Positions 1 to 15,286 of a DNA stretch of 64,000 bases are shown here, piece by piece (position 1 is the first letter of the stretch; every line of letters starts with the position of its first letter). Source of the stretch: the human T2T-CHM13v2.0 reference genome, Homo sapiens. The translations under genes were made by a program, and so were the position numbers. The DNA is taken from the NCBI RefSeq assembly GCF_009914755.1, contig NC_060934.1; one strand, 5' to 3'. The notes under the pieces are model-generated. The model saw only the letters and a program-made list of their open reading frames with translations, did not search any database and was not told the origin of the DNA.

Positions 1-276
1 AGTCAGGGGCTAAAGAGAGGGAAAGACGCAGATGCCAGACACCGAAGAAAAACCTTCAGTTTTTCCTTGAAACGCACGTGTTTCTAGTAGGGGTTCCTGG
101 GACTTTCCAAGAGCTGGGCTCCTGTTTCCTCAGGGCCTAGTCCCTGAGCTCAGGACCTTGTACTCAGGGAAACAGAAGGCAGCCCTGGGCCCCAGAGCTC
201 CCCTGCGAGTGTGCACATGCTCAGATGCTGACACCCGAGCCTGCACACGCCTGCACATGTATACGCTCACAGGCAC

Positions 277-1614
277 ATGCTGACACACTCAGACACACAT
301 GCACATGCGCACACACACCCTGCACACACACACCGCGCGCACACACACACCCCGCACACGCACACCCCGCACCCACACACCCCGCGCACACACACCCCGC
401 ACACACACACCCCGCACGCACACACACACACCCCACACACATGCCCCGCACACACACCCCACACACACACACACCCCGCACACACATACCCCACACACAC
501 ACCCCACACACACACCCCGCACACACACACCCCGCACACACACAACCCGCCCACGCACACCCCGCACACGCACACCCCGCACACGCACACCCTGCACACG
601 CACACCCCGCACACACACCCACACACACACCCCGCACACACACACCCCACACACATGCCCCGCACACACACACCCACACACACACCCCACACACACACCC
701 CGCACACACACACCCCACACACATGCCCCGCACACACACCCCACACACACACACACCCCGCACACACATACCCCACACACACACCCCACACACACACCCC
801 GCACACACACACCCCACACACATGCCCCGCACACACACCCCCACACACACACCCCACACACACACCCCGCACACACACACCCCACACACATGCCCCGCAC
901 ACACACCCCACACACACACACCCCGCACACACATACCCCACACACACACCCCACACACACACCCCGCACACACACACCCCGCACACACACAACCCGCGCA
1001 CGCACACCCCGCACACGCACACCCCGCACACGCACACCCTGCACACGCACACCCCGCACACACACCCACACACACACATGCCCCGCACACACACCCCACA
1101 CACACACCCCGCACACACACACCCCACACACATGCCCCGCACACACACCCCGCACCCACACACCCCGCACACGCACACCCCGCACACACACACACCGCGC
1201 ACGCGCACACACCCCGCACACACACACCCCGCACCCACACACCCTGCACACACACACCCCGCACCCACACACCCCGCACACACACACCCCGCACACACAC
1301 ACCCTGCACACGCACACCCTGCACACACCCACACACACACACACCCCGCACACACACACCCCACACACACACACCCCCCCACACACACCCCGCACACACA
1401 CCCCCACACACACGCACACCCCGCACACACACCACAGCCACACCCCACACACACACACCCCGCACACGCACACCCCGCACACACACACACCGCGCACACA
1501 CACACACCCCGCACACACACCCCGCACACACACCCCCACACACACGCACACCCCGCACACACACCACAGCCACACCCCACACACACACACCCCACACACG
1601 CACAACCCACACAC
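277..1614. repeat. CA-rich VNTR/minisatellite (units like CACACACACCCCG, about 13-18 bp) with higher-order blocks
   Basis: About 1.3 kb of (CA)n runs punctuated by CCCCG/CCCCA. It accounts for all six 440-500 aa His/Thr/Pro and Val/Cys/Gly ORFs. Confidence 0.97.
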
Positions 1615-1758
1615 GCCTTGTTCCTCAGCACATCATCCCCATAGAGGTAAAGGGTGTGTATATGAACCAAGCAAGCAACCTAAATGAATGCAAAGTATGT
1701 ATAATGAAATACACAGCGTGATCTCCACGACAAGAAGCTAAAAACGATGCATGCCTAA

Positions 1759-2202
<444 letters not shown>

Positions 2203-2750
2203 AAGGTGCTGAAGTTCTGGGCGGGCTTCACGAACACACATGAGAACTGTCCCCACCACTGCCCCAACACGCGGGAGGGCTGAGGGGCAGCCCCAGCAGA
2301 GGTGCTTGGGAGACGGACCCCAAGGCCATTATCGGGAACCAGCAGAAGGTCACAGATACGCTGCCCCTTCCCAGCCAGAAGGCTGCCTCCCATTTTATTA
2401 CGTTTTCTCACTTGCTTAAACCTCTGGTAAACAGAAAATGGTTTCAGAATTGTTAACCCCTACCACTGAGAAAAGCAAACCTACTCACCAGGGTCAATAT
2501 CTGTTCATAGTGTTTCAGAAGTAAAATTTACACACAATGAAACCTGAAATGTACAGTCCAGTGCATTTTAATGTACAATCCATGCATGCGGCTCACATCC
2601 CTACCAAGTCATATGGCATGTGTTTACCATGCTAGAAAGCTCCATTTGGCCCCCTCCTGACCAAGTTCTCACCCAGCAGCAGCCACGGATCTGATTTCTC
2701 TCAATATAGACTGGGTTTGCTGAGCTGGGGCTCCATCTAAATGGAAGCAA

Positions 2751-3036
2751 GTCTGGGCGCAGTGACTCACGCCTGTAATCCCAGCAGTTTGGGAGTCTGA
2801 GGCAGGCAGATCACTTGAGATCAGGAGTTCAAGACGAGCCTAGCCAATATGGCTAAACCCTATCTCTACTAAAAATACAAAAATTATCTGGGTGTGGTGG
2901 TGGGCACCTGTAATCCCAGCTACTCGGGAGGCTGAGGACCAAAAATCACTTGAACTTGGGAGGCAGTGAACCAAGATCGTACCACTGCACTCCAGCCTAG
3001 GAGACAGAGCAAGACTCTGTCTCAAAAAAAAAAAAA
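2751..3036 (+). mobile_element. Alu (AluS)
   Basis: Two-arm Alu with A-tail. Confidence 0.95.
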
Positions 3037-3039
3037 GGG

Positions 3040-3471
<432 letters not shown>

Positions 3472-3862
3472 TCATTCTCTTTCTGATAGATGTTGCTTCC
3501 CGGTTTTCGCTATCATAAATAAAGCTGCTATGAACATTCTTGTACAGGTTGTTTGTAGACATATGCTTTCATTTCCTTTTGATAGATATCTTGCAGTGAG
3601 ATGTCTGGGTCATAGGGTAGGTATTTGTTTAACTTTATAAGCACCAAACCCTTTTCCAAGGTGGTTACACCATCCTGTACTCCAACCAGCCACATATGAG
3701 AGAGTTCAGGTTGCCCCCTGTCCTTGCCAGCACTTGATGTCGTAAAGCTTCTTAAGTTTAGCCATTCTAGTGGGGGACGTAGTATTGCATTATGGTTTTC
3801 ATTTCATTGCTCTAAGAAGTAATAATGTTGAGCATCTTTTCATTTATTTATTGGCCAGTTGA

Positions 3863-4188
<326 letters not shown>

Positions 4189-4612
4189 CTAATATATTTC
4201 TATAAAGAAATAAGGAGGGGCCATCAAGACTTTTGCCCATTTTTTAATTGGGCTGTTTGTGTTTTTATTATTAGGTTGTAGGAGTTCTTTACAAATTCTC
4301 ATAAATCCTTTGTCAGACACAGGTTTTGCAAATGCAAATATTTTTCTGAGTCTGTGGCTTGTCCATTATGACGCTTGCTTTGATGAGCAGAAGTTTTTAA
4401 TTTTTTTAACGTCTAATTCATTAACTGTTTATTTCATGGTTATTGTTTTCTGTATTCTAACAAAGAAATCTTTGTCTGCTCCTTGACCACAAAGATATTA
4501 TCCTTCATTTCCCATTTTCTTCAAAAAGCTTTTATGGGTTTTGCTTTCATATTTGAGTTTATGACCAATCTTGACTTAATTTTGTGTATGGCGAGGGAAT
4601 AGTCAAAGTTAA

Positions 4613-4984
<372 letters not shown>

Positions 4985-5699
4985 ACCACCACCATTTGTT
5001 GAAAAGGCCATCCTTTCCCTGTTGAATTGCTTTGATAATTTTGTCAACAGTCAATTGTTCATGTCAGTGTGGGTCTACTTCTGAGCTCCACTCATCTATT
5101 TGTCTATTCTTAGGTCAATACCACACTATTTAAATAGCTAGCTTTACAGTAAAACTTGATGTTAGGTAGTGTAAGCTCTCCAACTTTTTCTTCTTTTCCT
5201 AAATTGTTTTGCCTATTCTAAGTCTCTAAATTTCCAAATTTTAAAATTCATTTGTCAATTTATATTTGTTTTAAATGAAAGCCTATTGGGATTGTGTTGA
5301 AGCCATACTTCAGCTTAGGGGGAACTGACATATTAATACTGAGTTGTCCAATCCATGAACATAGTATATCTTTCCATGTATTTACATCTTCTTTAATTTC
5401 TCTCAGCATCATCTTGTGTTTTCAGTATTGATATTGAATATTTCCCATCTTTTATTAATCTGTTGCTAATTATCTTATGTTTTTTGACACTATTGTAAAT
5501 GGAATTGGTTTTTTAAATATCAGTTCCCAAATGTTTGGTGCTACTATATGAAAATACAATTGATTTTTGTATCTTGACCTTTCTTCAGAAGTGTTTTAAT
5601 GGGATCTGAAAGAAGAAGTGAGAGAGGTTTAATGAATCAGCCTGTACCTGAACAGGAAGAGAGAAAATGAACAGAAAGGGAACTGACATGCATCGAGTT

Positions 5700-5880
5700 C
5701 TCTATCTGCAAAGCACTCTGCTGGAAATTTTTCATACTTAATTTTCACAGCAACCCTGTGAAGTTGGTTGTTATCCATGTTTTACAGATAAGGAAAGGAA
5801 GTGCTCCAGGACCCCACAGGTAGCAAGTGGCAGCCAGGATTCAACCAGAGCTTTTGAGCCCTAAACCCTGCATTCCTCTC
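5700..5880 (-). mobile_element. MIR fragment
   Basis: CACAGCAACCCTGTGAAG...TTTTACAGATAAGGAA...GCAAGTGGCAGCCAGGATTCAA is the antisense MIR core. Confidence 0.7.
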
Positions 5881-6329
5881 GGTATACAGCGCTGCCACGA
5901 TGCCGCAGAGCAATAGCATGTCAAGTGCTCGCAGGATGGATGCATAAAGAGGTGGCAGCTTACATCAAAGCCAGGTGACCTCCCGTCCAGCTCCTGCAGC
6001 CAGGAGGTGTGAGATCCCTGGTGGGCACATAGAGCTAAAGTTCTCCCACCTGTTCTTTCTAGGGCTTAAGCTGCCATGAGCCAATAGGCATGGATGGATG
6101 TGATATCCACAGCATGGTGAGCCATGGGCAACAGGGGCATGACCCAGTCCTGACCACACTGGGCCAGCACCAGGCCGGCCATGCCTCCCCAGAGCCTCCC
6201 TGGTCTGGGAAGTTTGTGGGCAGGATAGCAGAGCCGTGAGGATCAGTTCCACCTTGCAGATGAAAGAGTACCCTGAGGCCCAGACAGAACCCAAGTGCTG
6301 AGCCCGAGAAGCGAAAATCAGCACTTGGG

Positions 6330-6500
6330 CTTTGTTCCCCAAACCTCTCCTAACATGAGCATCACCGGGGGCAATTTTTCTAAAGCAGATTCCCAGATAA
6401 CTTCCCCAGAGTTTCTGATTCAGTAGGTCTGAGATGCGGCTCAGGAATCTGTGCTCTAAGCTGCCGAGTGATTCTTCCAATCAGGATATTCTGAGAAACA
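6330..6500. mobile_element. MER5A-like hAT-Charlie DNA transposon remnant
   Basis: CCCCAGAGTTTCTGATTCAGTAGGTCTGAGATGCGGCTCAGGAATCTG matches the MER5A internal motif. Confidence 0.7.
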
Positions 6501-6999
6501 TGAAGTTACTGCTTCCTTAAGGGATTAGGGAAAAACCTGCAGATTGGATGGGAATGAAACAGACCTCCTACCAGAAGTGAGGTAAAGGTCGAAGCCTGTG
6601 CTCAGGCAAGCGAGCTGCGTGAGTACCTAAAATGTGTAGGGGATTCCCTCTTCGATGAGTAAAACGGCCAGAGCTCGGCTCTTAGGAAGGTTAACTCCTG
6701 AAATGTTGGGTGGGGTCAGGGAGGGACGCCATGGAGAAAAGGGCTTGGCTATGACTCTCAAAGCCTTCAAAGGAAAATGCCCCCCTCTGGCTCCCCAGGA
6801 TATGGCAGCACAAGACGTCCAGTGGGTAACTGGAAAGAAACCGTCCCAGGGCTCGTCACAAATCACTGCCCAACCAATGTATCACACGTTATCTAGACAG
6901 GCTGAATTCACCACCTTTGCCCATTGGCCGCTTAGGTGCTGAGGCCGCAGGATCTGCCAGCACAGGACCATCAGTTCCCTCCCGTGCCTTATTTACATT

Positions 7000-7186
7000 T
7001 CATTTTATTATTTTTTTAAATTTTATTTTAGAGACATGGGGACTTGTGTCGCGCAGGCTGGAGTGCGGTGGCACAATCACAGCTCACTGCAGCCTCCACC
7101 TCCTGAGCTCAAGAGAGCCTCCCACCTCAGCCTCCTGAGTAGCTAGATTACAGGCACGTGTCACCACCCCTGGCTAATTTTCTTTT
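7000..7186 (-). mobile_element. Alu right monomer (FRAM/AluJ-like)
   Basis: Single antisense arm with J-type diagnostic sequence. Confidence 0.85.
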
Positions 7187-8131
7187 AATCTTTTGAGGCT
7201 GATGTTCTGGTACGTGGGAAAGGAGAGGGAAAGGGGCTGCAGAAGAGAATGAGAGAAAGGGAGGAAGGAATTGAAGACATTCAAGTGTGAGTGGGGAAAT
7301 GCACAAAAGAGAAAAGGCTACGCAGGGCCAAGTGGACCCCTGAAAACACAGACACAGAGCAGGCACATGCTGGTGGTGCATGGCAGGGCGCTGTGCTGGG
7401 GGCTGTCCCGGCCTGGAGAGGGGCAGAGGGATTGCAGTTGACATGTCAACAATCGCTCCTGAATGGCAAGCCCGAGCCCTCCCCTCCACTCCTTCACTCC
7501 TGAAGTCCGGTCAAGAGGCTCCAGGCTCTTTTTTGTTACCTTTTTCCGCACCACTGGTTGCCCTGGCAACAGCCGCAGCTGGCCCGTCTCCCAAATCACA
7601 AGCTGTAATGAGAATCTCAGGCAGGTTTGTTCTGCTCTGCTGGCTCGCAGACAATAGGTGGAACGCTGGCCCACAGCTGTGGTTTCAGAACCTGTCCCCG
7701 AGGATGCCCCGCAAGTAAGGGGAGGGAACAGGGTCTGGGAGGAAAGGTGAGAAAGGGCTCAGCTAAGAGAGAAGGCAGCGGAGGAAACAGGAATGTCCTG
7801 GAACTTCCCTACCACCACCTCTGGGACAAACCGGCTGGATGGGAGTGCACAGTGGATGGATCCATAGCTGAATACACAGCAGCACCTAAAGGAAGTGTCT
7901 GCCCAGCCCCCAGCCTGCGCCTGCGCCTCCACTGTTCTCACCCAGCGGCTTCAGTGAAAACACGCTGTCCAGATCCACAAATGACCCAAAGCTTCCAGGG
8001 AGAGCAAATGTGCTGCAGGCGACAGAGCTGGTATTCATAAAAGAGACCATATTCGATTGGAACAGTGGGCGGAAACTAATAATTTTGAGAAAGATATAGG
8101 AAAAGTTGGCTGAACAGAAATTGTCTCGAGA

Positions 8132-8455
<324 letters not shown>

Positions 8456-8674
8456 TCACTCGCAAGCTCAGTGCACATCAACAGGGACGCAGCAGCTTAG
8501 AACACAGACGCAAGCGGGAGGCACGTGTGCCAGTGTGTCACTGCAGCCCATTCTTTGCCTGGTGGCTGAGCACCCCTCAGGTAAAGTGTATGGGGTCTTA
8601 GAAGTCAAGTTGGTGGATGCAGTTTGAATTCAGCTTCCAGTATTTAAAATGTTTGTAATTGTATAAATCAGAGG

Positions 8675-8925
8675 CTGTGTAATGTTGGGGTCAAAAGCAG
8701 GAATGCTGGAGCCAAACTAACTGGGTGTGAATCCCAGTGTTTATAAGCTGTGTATCCTTGAGGAAGTTACTTCACCTCTCTGAGTGTCAGTTGCCTCATC
8801 TATACAATGGAGGCAATAGCACTGCCTCCCTCCTAGGGTTTCAGTGAGAATTGAGTCAGTGACTCTAGGTAAAACACTCAGAAGAATGCCGGCACACCGA
8901 AAGTGCAAATTCTGGTTGCTAATGG
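8675..8925 (+). mobile_element. MIR, near full length
   Basis: CTGGAGCCAAAC...GAATCCCAG...AGCTGTGTATCCTTGAGGAAGTTACTTCACCTCTCTGAGTGTCAGTTGCCTCATCTAT. Confidence 0.85.
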
Positions 8926-9904
8926 TATTAGTGACTCAGCTGTTGCTTTCAAAAGGTTGATGAGTTGTTTTTGCCTGGAGGGCCCTGGACTCGGAATGCC
9001 TGGCCACCCTCAATACTCTCGAACCTAAACTCCTAGTCACCCTTGTATGGTCAGGCTGTGTCTGGCCACTCCCGACAGGAGGTGAGTAAGAGGGACCAAT
9101 GACCCTCTCCCCAGAGCAGCCCGAGGCCACATGCACCAGCCCATGGTGCTCCTATGGCCCTTGGAGAGCCCCACTAAGGAAGGGCTGTCCCTCTGCTGGC
9201 TGGTCCGTGGGGACCCAGTATTCTGAGGACTCACAGCTGCTGAGGAAACACACTTCCACTACCAGCTTCACACCCAGCACGTGCGGGAGCCGTGGAAGGC
9301 CACCACCCTTGTCTCCCTTCCTTAGCTAGGAACCCTCTCTTCTTCTTCACTGGGTCTTGGGAAGACTGGAGAGGGCTTTACCCCCTGAGAATGGAACATT
9401 GTATAATCATCTACTTGTTCAGAGGAGAGAAATCCTACTCCAGCTCAATCTCTAGAAGAGATTTCTGTAGGCAGCCCAGCACTTCAGCTCAGACGCCATC
9501 GCACGCTGGGACCTTAGCCAAATCCTCTTGTTCTTAATTTCTCCCCATCAACACGAGAGTGTTGATTTCAGGAGAGCCTGGAAACTTCTCCATCCACCCA
9601 GACTTGTTGGAGAGGCGACTTGCACAGTGCTTTGCAGAAACACAGGTCTCTGTTTTCAGGAGTTGCTCTCGGGAAGGTGAAGCTGTGATCTTTGAAAGCT
9701 TTGTAAAGTTCCCTGCATTTCAGAATCACATTCTTTCCCATTTGCCTTTCCCACAAACCCAAAACAGATTTGGAGCAATGGAAACCATGCTTAGAAAAAA
9801 AAACCCTCATGATGGAAAACTGCCAAACCTCATCTTCAAAACTAAATGTGGTCTCATCCCAGTTGTCAAGGCCCAATTTTGTATTTTACTCTTGTATTAT
9901 TTAT

Positions 9905-10125
9905 TTTGCAAACACTGCAGGTGTGTGACGCCAGATGCTGTTCTAAGAGCTTTGCAAACAGTGACTCATTTCATCCTTATAACAACTCCATAAAGGAGAC
10001 ACTGTTGTTATCTTCATCCTCATTTTTGGAGGGGTAAACTGAGGCATGGTACATGACCCATAAGTAACTAGGGATTTAGACCAGGCAGCAAACTCCAGAG
10101 TCCATGGTCTTAACCCACAGTGCTG
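9905..10125 (-). mobile_element. MIR
   Basis: TGTTCTAAGAGCTTTGCAAAC...CTCATTTCATCCTTATAACAAC...AAACTGAGGCA. Confidence 0.8.
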
Positions 10126-10209
10126 CCTTTCACTCTGCCATGCTTGCTTGCCTTTTCCATGTAGACTAGAATCTTCTAGAAAGCAGAGATAGTGTCTTCA
10201 TAAAACATC

Positions 10210-10857
10210 TGTGAAAGGAAAATACATTTTGGGACCCTAAAATCGCTAATCCAAAGGGAAAAGTCAAGCTGGGAACTGCATCAGGCAAACCTGCCTCCTA
10301 TTTTATTCGTAAATAAGATCACTACACAGACAAAAATTTACATACCTTGCTCACAATTTACCCACAAGGAAATTCCTCGTGGACAAAGAACAGATGGAAC
10401 TCAAAGTCATCCCTCTGTTCATATGAGACCAGTGTATATGTGATGGTTTCCTCTGCTCTATTGTCTATGTAAAAACGCAGATTCACTGAGCCAGACTGAG
10501 GCATCAGTGATTGTTCCCCTACCCCTCTCTCACATGTAAATTGTGTATTCAGTGAAAGGCTAATTTGAGTTAATCAGAAACTCAAAAGAATGCAACTGTT
10601 TGTCTCTTATCTACCTATAACCTGGGAGCCCCCACTTTGAGTTGCCCCACCTTTCTGGACCAAACCAATGTACATCTCACACATATTGATTGATGTCTCA
10701 TGTCTCCCTAAAATGTATAAAACCAAGCTGAGTCCCAAACACCTTGGGCACCTGTTGTCAGGACCTCCTGAGGCTGTGTCACGGGCATGTCCTTAACCTT
10801 GGCAAAATGAACTTTCGAAATGGATTGAGACCTGTCTCAGATACTTTTGGGTTCACA
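10210..10857 (+). mobile_element. MER4A-family ERV1 solo LTR, complete
   Basis: TG...CA termini (TGTGAAAGGAAAAT...GGGTTCACA), 4-bp TSD CATC on both sides, internal TATAAAA and MER4 motifs (AAGTCAAGCTGGGAACTGC, TTGATGTCTCATGTCTCCCTAAAATG). Confidence 0.9.
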
Positions 10858-13479
10858 CATCTTACAGTGAGTCCTGCAGGCCCCTGACAAATGCCTTGTG
10901 ATGACGTTGGCAGCTGTTCGCAGCAGCAGCAATGACTGAGAGGTGTCCTTCACCTCCATCTCACTAATTAGACACCACAGCTCTGGGAAGCAGGGGAAAC
11001 CAGCCATCTCTGCTGGGGCAGCCGCTTCCTACAACCCGCCCAAGTGCCCTGCAAATGACAATGACGGCAGCTCCTGCCCTGAGAAGGGCCTGGGCACGGG
11101 AGGGGAACAGTCTCAGGATGCCTGTTCTACTAGGGGAGGGGGCGCAGCTTCCCAGAGGCTCATGGCCTGACTTCTGACCTTCCTGAAACCTGCACCACCG
11201 CCCCCTTCCAGCTTCCCTGACTGCAAAACAGCATCTTCTCTTGCATTGTTCTTTGAGGAAATTTGGCAGCAGGCATGGAAAATGTTTCCTCCAGGCCCCC
11301 AGCTCAGCACATGAAAGGCAGGCTGCTGTCTGCGGGGCCCCCAGACGCCACTGGATTCCCGGCCAGAACTTGCAGCTCAGGGAGTGGCCCTGTCTCTTTT
11401 GTTATGACCCCTCCTCGAGATGTCAAGCTGGCGGGGGAACAACAGCTGGCACTGGCCGGGCTGGCTCTGAGTTCCCCTCTCACAGCTCACCTAGCCTGAG
11501 CCCCTGGGACCAGGTGGGGCTGCTCCAGGACCAGGAGCACCTCCGGGGGCTGCAGCCATGTCCTCGGGAATGTCAGAGGCCTGATGCTGGCAGGGGCTTC
11601 ACTCACACGCCACGCATGGCAGGAGGGGCGAGCGCTCCCCAGGCCTGGCTGTTGTTTATTCCCCTCCTTGCCCCTGTTGGGGGGTTGACTTTGAGCACTG
11701 ACATCAGAGTTTCATTTCGAGAGACCCTCAGTGTTCACTAGAGCAAGGTCTGCTCTGCAGAATATGACAGCCAGGCGCCCCCTCCTACCGTAGACTTGGG
11801 GTCCTCACCCAGGGGCCCTCAGAGACCGGTGGGTGAAGACTGACGTGTGACTCTACTGGAAAAATGACGAGGTGACAGGCACCACCCTCGTGGCTTTGCA
11901 CTCAGCTAGTAGGCAGCTTCTCTCCAGTGCTGGACTGTTCCTGCATCCCTGTCCAGAAACCAGAGGGCATTTTGAAGGTGACGCAAACACATCATGTCCC
12001 ACTGGCATTGTGACCTCAGGTACGAGGTTGTGTTTTCACAGCAACCCTGCACAATAGATGGGGTTGGAATTTCATTATGCCCACTGGACAGATGTGAAAA
12101 CTGAGACCCAGAGAAGCGATCCATCAAAGGGCAGCCACTCTGCCGCTCATTCCAAGTGCTTTTCCCTTTTATGCCCTACCACCAAGTAAGGCCACCCATG
12201 TACTGGTGAGGGAAGCGAGGAGGAGAGTCATGAGGAATTCGACAGAATTGCACAGCCCTGAGGGAAAGAACCTCTTTGAATTTGGGGCCCCTTCCCAGCC
12301 TTCTGGGACCCCCTGTAGTCAGAATAAAGGCAGGTGTCACCAGCCTCAGTTGTCCCCCAACTCCACTCCACATAGAACCCACCCAGAACTTAGCAAGTAC
12401 TTCCTCTCTGTCCAGAAGACCCCTCTCCTGTTACTCCCTGTCTGTTTCCTCTGCTAGGCACGGGACGCTTCTAGCCGAGGCCACCTTTCCTAAAGGAGAC
12501 CCAGGGACATGCAGCCACTGTCAGCCCAGGAGGGTGGACCTGAGGGCTCTTGGGGAGGTGGCTGGGGAAGACCAGGGGCTACCTAAAAATAGGCTTGTGC
12601 CCCAGGCTGTTGAGTGACAACCTCTCCCTGGGCACAGCTGGGACTGTGTGACCGAGAAATGGGGGAGTAGGAGCCAGGGAGGCTGAGTGTCCCCAGGGAG
12701 CTTAAGCAAAGCTATTTTGAAGCCCATTTATTGGGCAGCCAGGATGGGTCCCACATGCTTTCCTGGTGCCCCTCGGAGGCACTTGGGAATGGGGAGATGA
12801 TGGAGTTGACAGCTTGGGACAAAGCTGGGTTAGCCAGAGGTAGGAACAAAAGGAACAGCAGAGAAAGCGGAACCGGGAAGGGGGTTGCAATACTGAGAAG
12901 CAGGAGGCAGAGCAGGTGGATTTCACTGGAGGCCCTCACCCCACCTGCAGGGCCTCTGGCTGGCTCTGCGGAACCACAAGACACCTCCTGCCACTCAAAG
13001 GTTTGGCTGGGAGGAGGTGGGTGGGGAGTGACTTGCTGGTGACCGGTGAGCCCAGTCTCCAGGAGGGCAGGTTCTGCCCGTGCAGAGATGCGCCCGGGTG
13101 AGGCACAGGAAGCCCAGGCACCGCTGGTCCTGGAGGCACCATCACCCACATCTGCAGCACTGGTGGGCGGGTCCCCTCCCATTGCCCAATTCCCAGCCCT
13201 GCTTCTGGTTTCCAAAGGTTCCTTGACATAGTATTCCACGGAAAACAACCAAGGTGAAAGGTTCTGTCTGCTGCAACCTAACACCTGTAGCAATTCCTGA
13301 TGGCCCAGCCCCAGCCCGAGGCTCTGATCTGCGGCGGCTGAGGAGTCAGTGCTTTGGGACTCCTGTCAGCCCCCAGTTCATCAGGCATCATCCCAGAGCC
13401 TGAGATGTGAGGCCACCTCCTCTGAGCCCTCTCAGCCCTGGTTCCTAGTGGCCTTGTTGTCCCTAAGCCCCACTTAGGG

Positions 13480-14070
13480 TTGCGAAACTATTAAGTGCAT
13501 GCACCAGAGCCTCCTATGTGTGAGATACAGTCCTTAACCAAAACAGAATTCTTATCTAGTTAGAGAGAATACGTGAATCAAAAAAATCTATGGCTTTCCA
13601 GTGCAACAAACGGTAAGAAGCAAACAGGCGTTGCTGCAATAACAGCAGGGATGGAAGTTCCGGGAAGGGTTATCACAGCCGAGGTTGTTCGGGGCAGGCT
13701 TCATTGAGGATTTGGGACATGAATGGAATTTGAGCTTCCCTTCAGCATGGAGAAAGCGTGGAAGCAGAGGTCTGAGGGTGGAAGCAGGCAGGGCTCGTGG
13801 GGACCTGATGAAGACGTCTTCCTGGCTGGGTGAACTGTAAGGGGGCGCTGGAGGGATCACAAGGTGGGAGAGGAATTGGGGACAGCCTTGAAGCCCAGGG
13901 AAAGAGCTTAGTCTCAATCCTGTGGGTAGTGGGTGAGTCAGAGGTTTTAAAGGGAGGGGGATGGCGGTAGGAACAGCGGTAGGGGTTTTCCAAAGATTAA
14001 TCTGGATGTAGGGCAGGGTGGACCACAGCTAGAAAGAATAAAGGCAGGAAGTCATCTCCAGGGCCCTGAT
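13480..14070 (-). mobile_element. L2 fragment
   Basis: Degenerate antisense L2 3' region (AAAGAGCTTAGTCTCAATCCTGTGGGTAGTGGG...GTTTTAA...AAAGATTAATCTGG). Confidence 0.55.
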
Positions 14071-14952
14071 CTGGCCACAAAGCTGGGCCTCACCCCACAG
14101 TTTCCAGACTAGAGAATCTGATCAAGCAAACCCAGGCAGGCCCCTTGTGGCTGATTTAAGCAGTCTCATGAAATGTCGTCTTTGCAAAACGTTCAGTGAG
14201 CAGTGGGCTGACACCAGGAATTCCAAATGCTGGTGAGGCAGAAGTTTGGGGGTAAACCGTGGCATCTCACCACTCACTTCCCGAACCTGCTCCAAAGAGA
14301 CCCAGCATGAAGGAAAAAGGCCCTCAGGGGAGGGAAAAAGAAAATCTCCACCCGGCAGTAGGCAAGCCCCAGCCCCCACCGCGCCCCCCCTCCCTGGAAC
14401 CCTCCCATTCCTGCCAGTGGGGCTCTCTGGCTGGTTTCGGGGGACCCCACACATGGGAGGGGGCTGCTCTCCCTTAATTGCAACCAACCCCAGGCCTTTT
14501 TGATAGGACTCATGAATTTTACCTGAAGTGTAACTGGATGCTATGCTTGATTAGATTTTTCCTGGCTTTCTATACTATCCTATCCTCCTTCTCCCGATCT
14601 GGGGGCTCCAGGCCCTCCCTAACTGCCTCCCTTCTCCAAAATGCACCCCTAGTCTCAGACCTCACTGTACTGTTCATCTACTGTCTTACAACTCTGTCCT
14701 CGTACTCACCCCAAAAAGTAAGGCAATGACAAAGAGATGGAGTGGAGGGCACTCGAGCAGGAAGCAGAGCCAGAAGCCCTCCCGCTCCAGGGGCCAGGGG
14801 GAGGGCGGGGTCAGGAGGGTGAGAAAGCCCAGGAACCCTTCAGACTGGCGGGGTGAGTGCAGCCCCAGCATCCAGACTCAACTCCTCACCCAGGCCCTCC
14901 AGGCTGCCCCGCTTTAACGCCTGCTCCTCCCTTCTCCCGCACATGTGTCCCT

Positions 14953-15286
14953 TCCTGGGGGCTACGCCCTGGTGTTCACATGTCTTTCTTTTTCTCTGTC
15001 CTATCTGTCGAGCTTTGCCCAGGATGCTTGGAAGTCTTCATCTTATCATTCCCAGGATCCAGGGAATAATAAGATCCTTATTCCCAGGATCCAGGCATGA
15101 TGCTGTCTGTGCAGTTCAAGCACAGGTGCATTTTGCATTTACTTTTTGAGGCTTCATATACATGAAGCACTACACTAGGCCATTAGCGCTAACTTAAAGG
15201 GGAAGAGAGAATGTGATTGCCACTCTCACGTGGCGCGCTGGAAGGTTCAGGGAGGTGCAGCTGACAAACCAACCAGAGACACTAAG
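14953..15286 (+). repeat. Local direct duplication, copy 1
   Basis: Aligns by eye (about 70-80%) to 16142-16449. Confidence 0.85.

Noticed and set aside
221-1721. Six overlapping 440-500 aa ORFs
   Set aside because: Open in all frames because the CA/CCCCG repeat lacks stop codons; low complexity and no gene context.
11130-13850. Partial CTCF-like words (AGGGGGCGC, CCAGGAGGGCAG)
   Set aside because: Incomplete matches are expected by chance in GC-rich DNA; a PWM scan and ChIP data would be needed.
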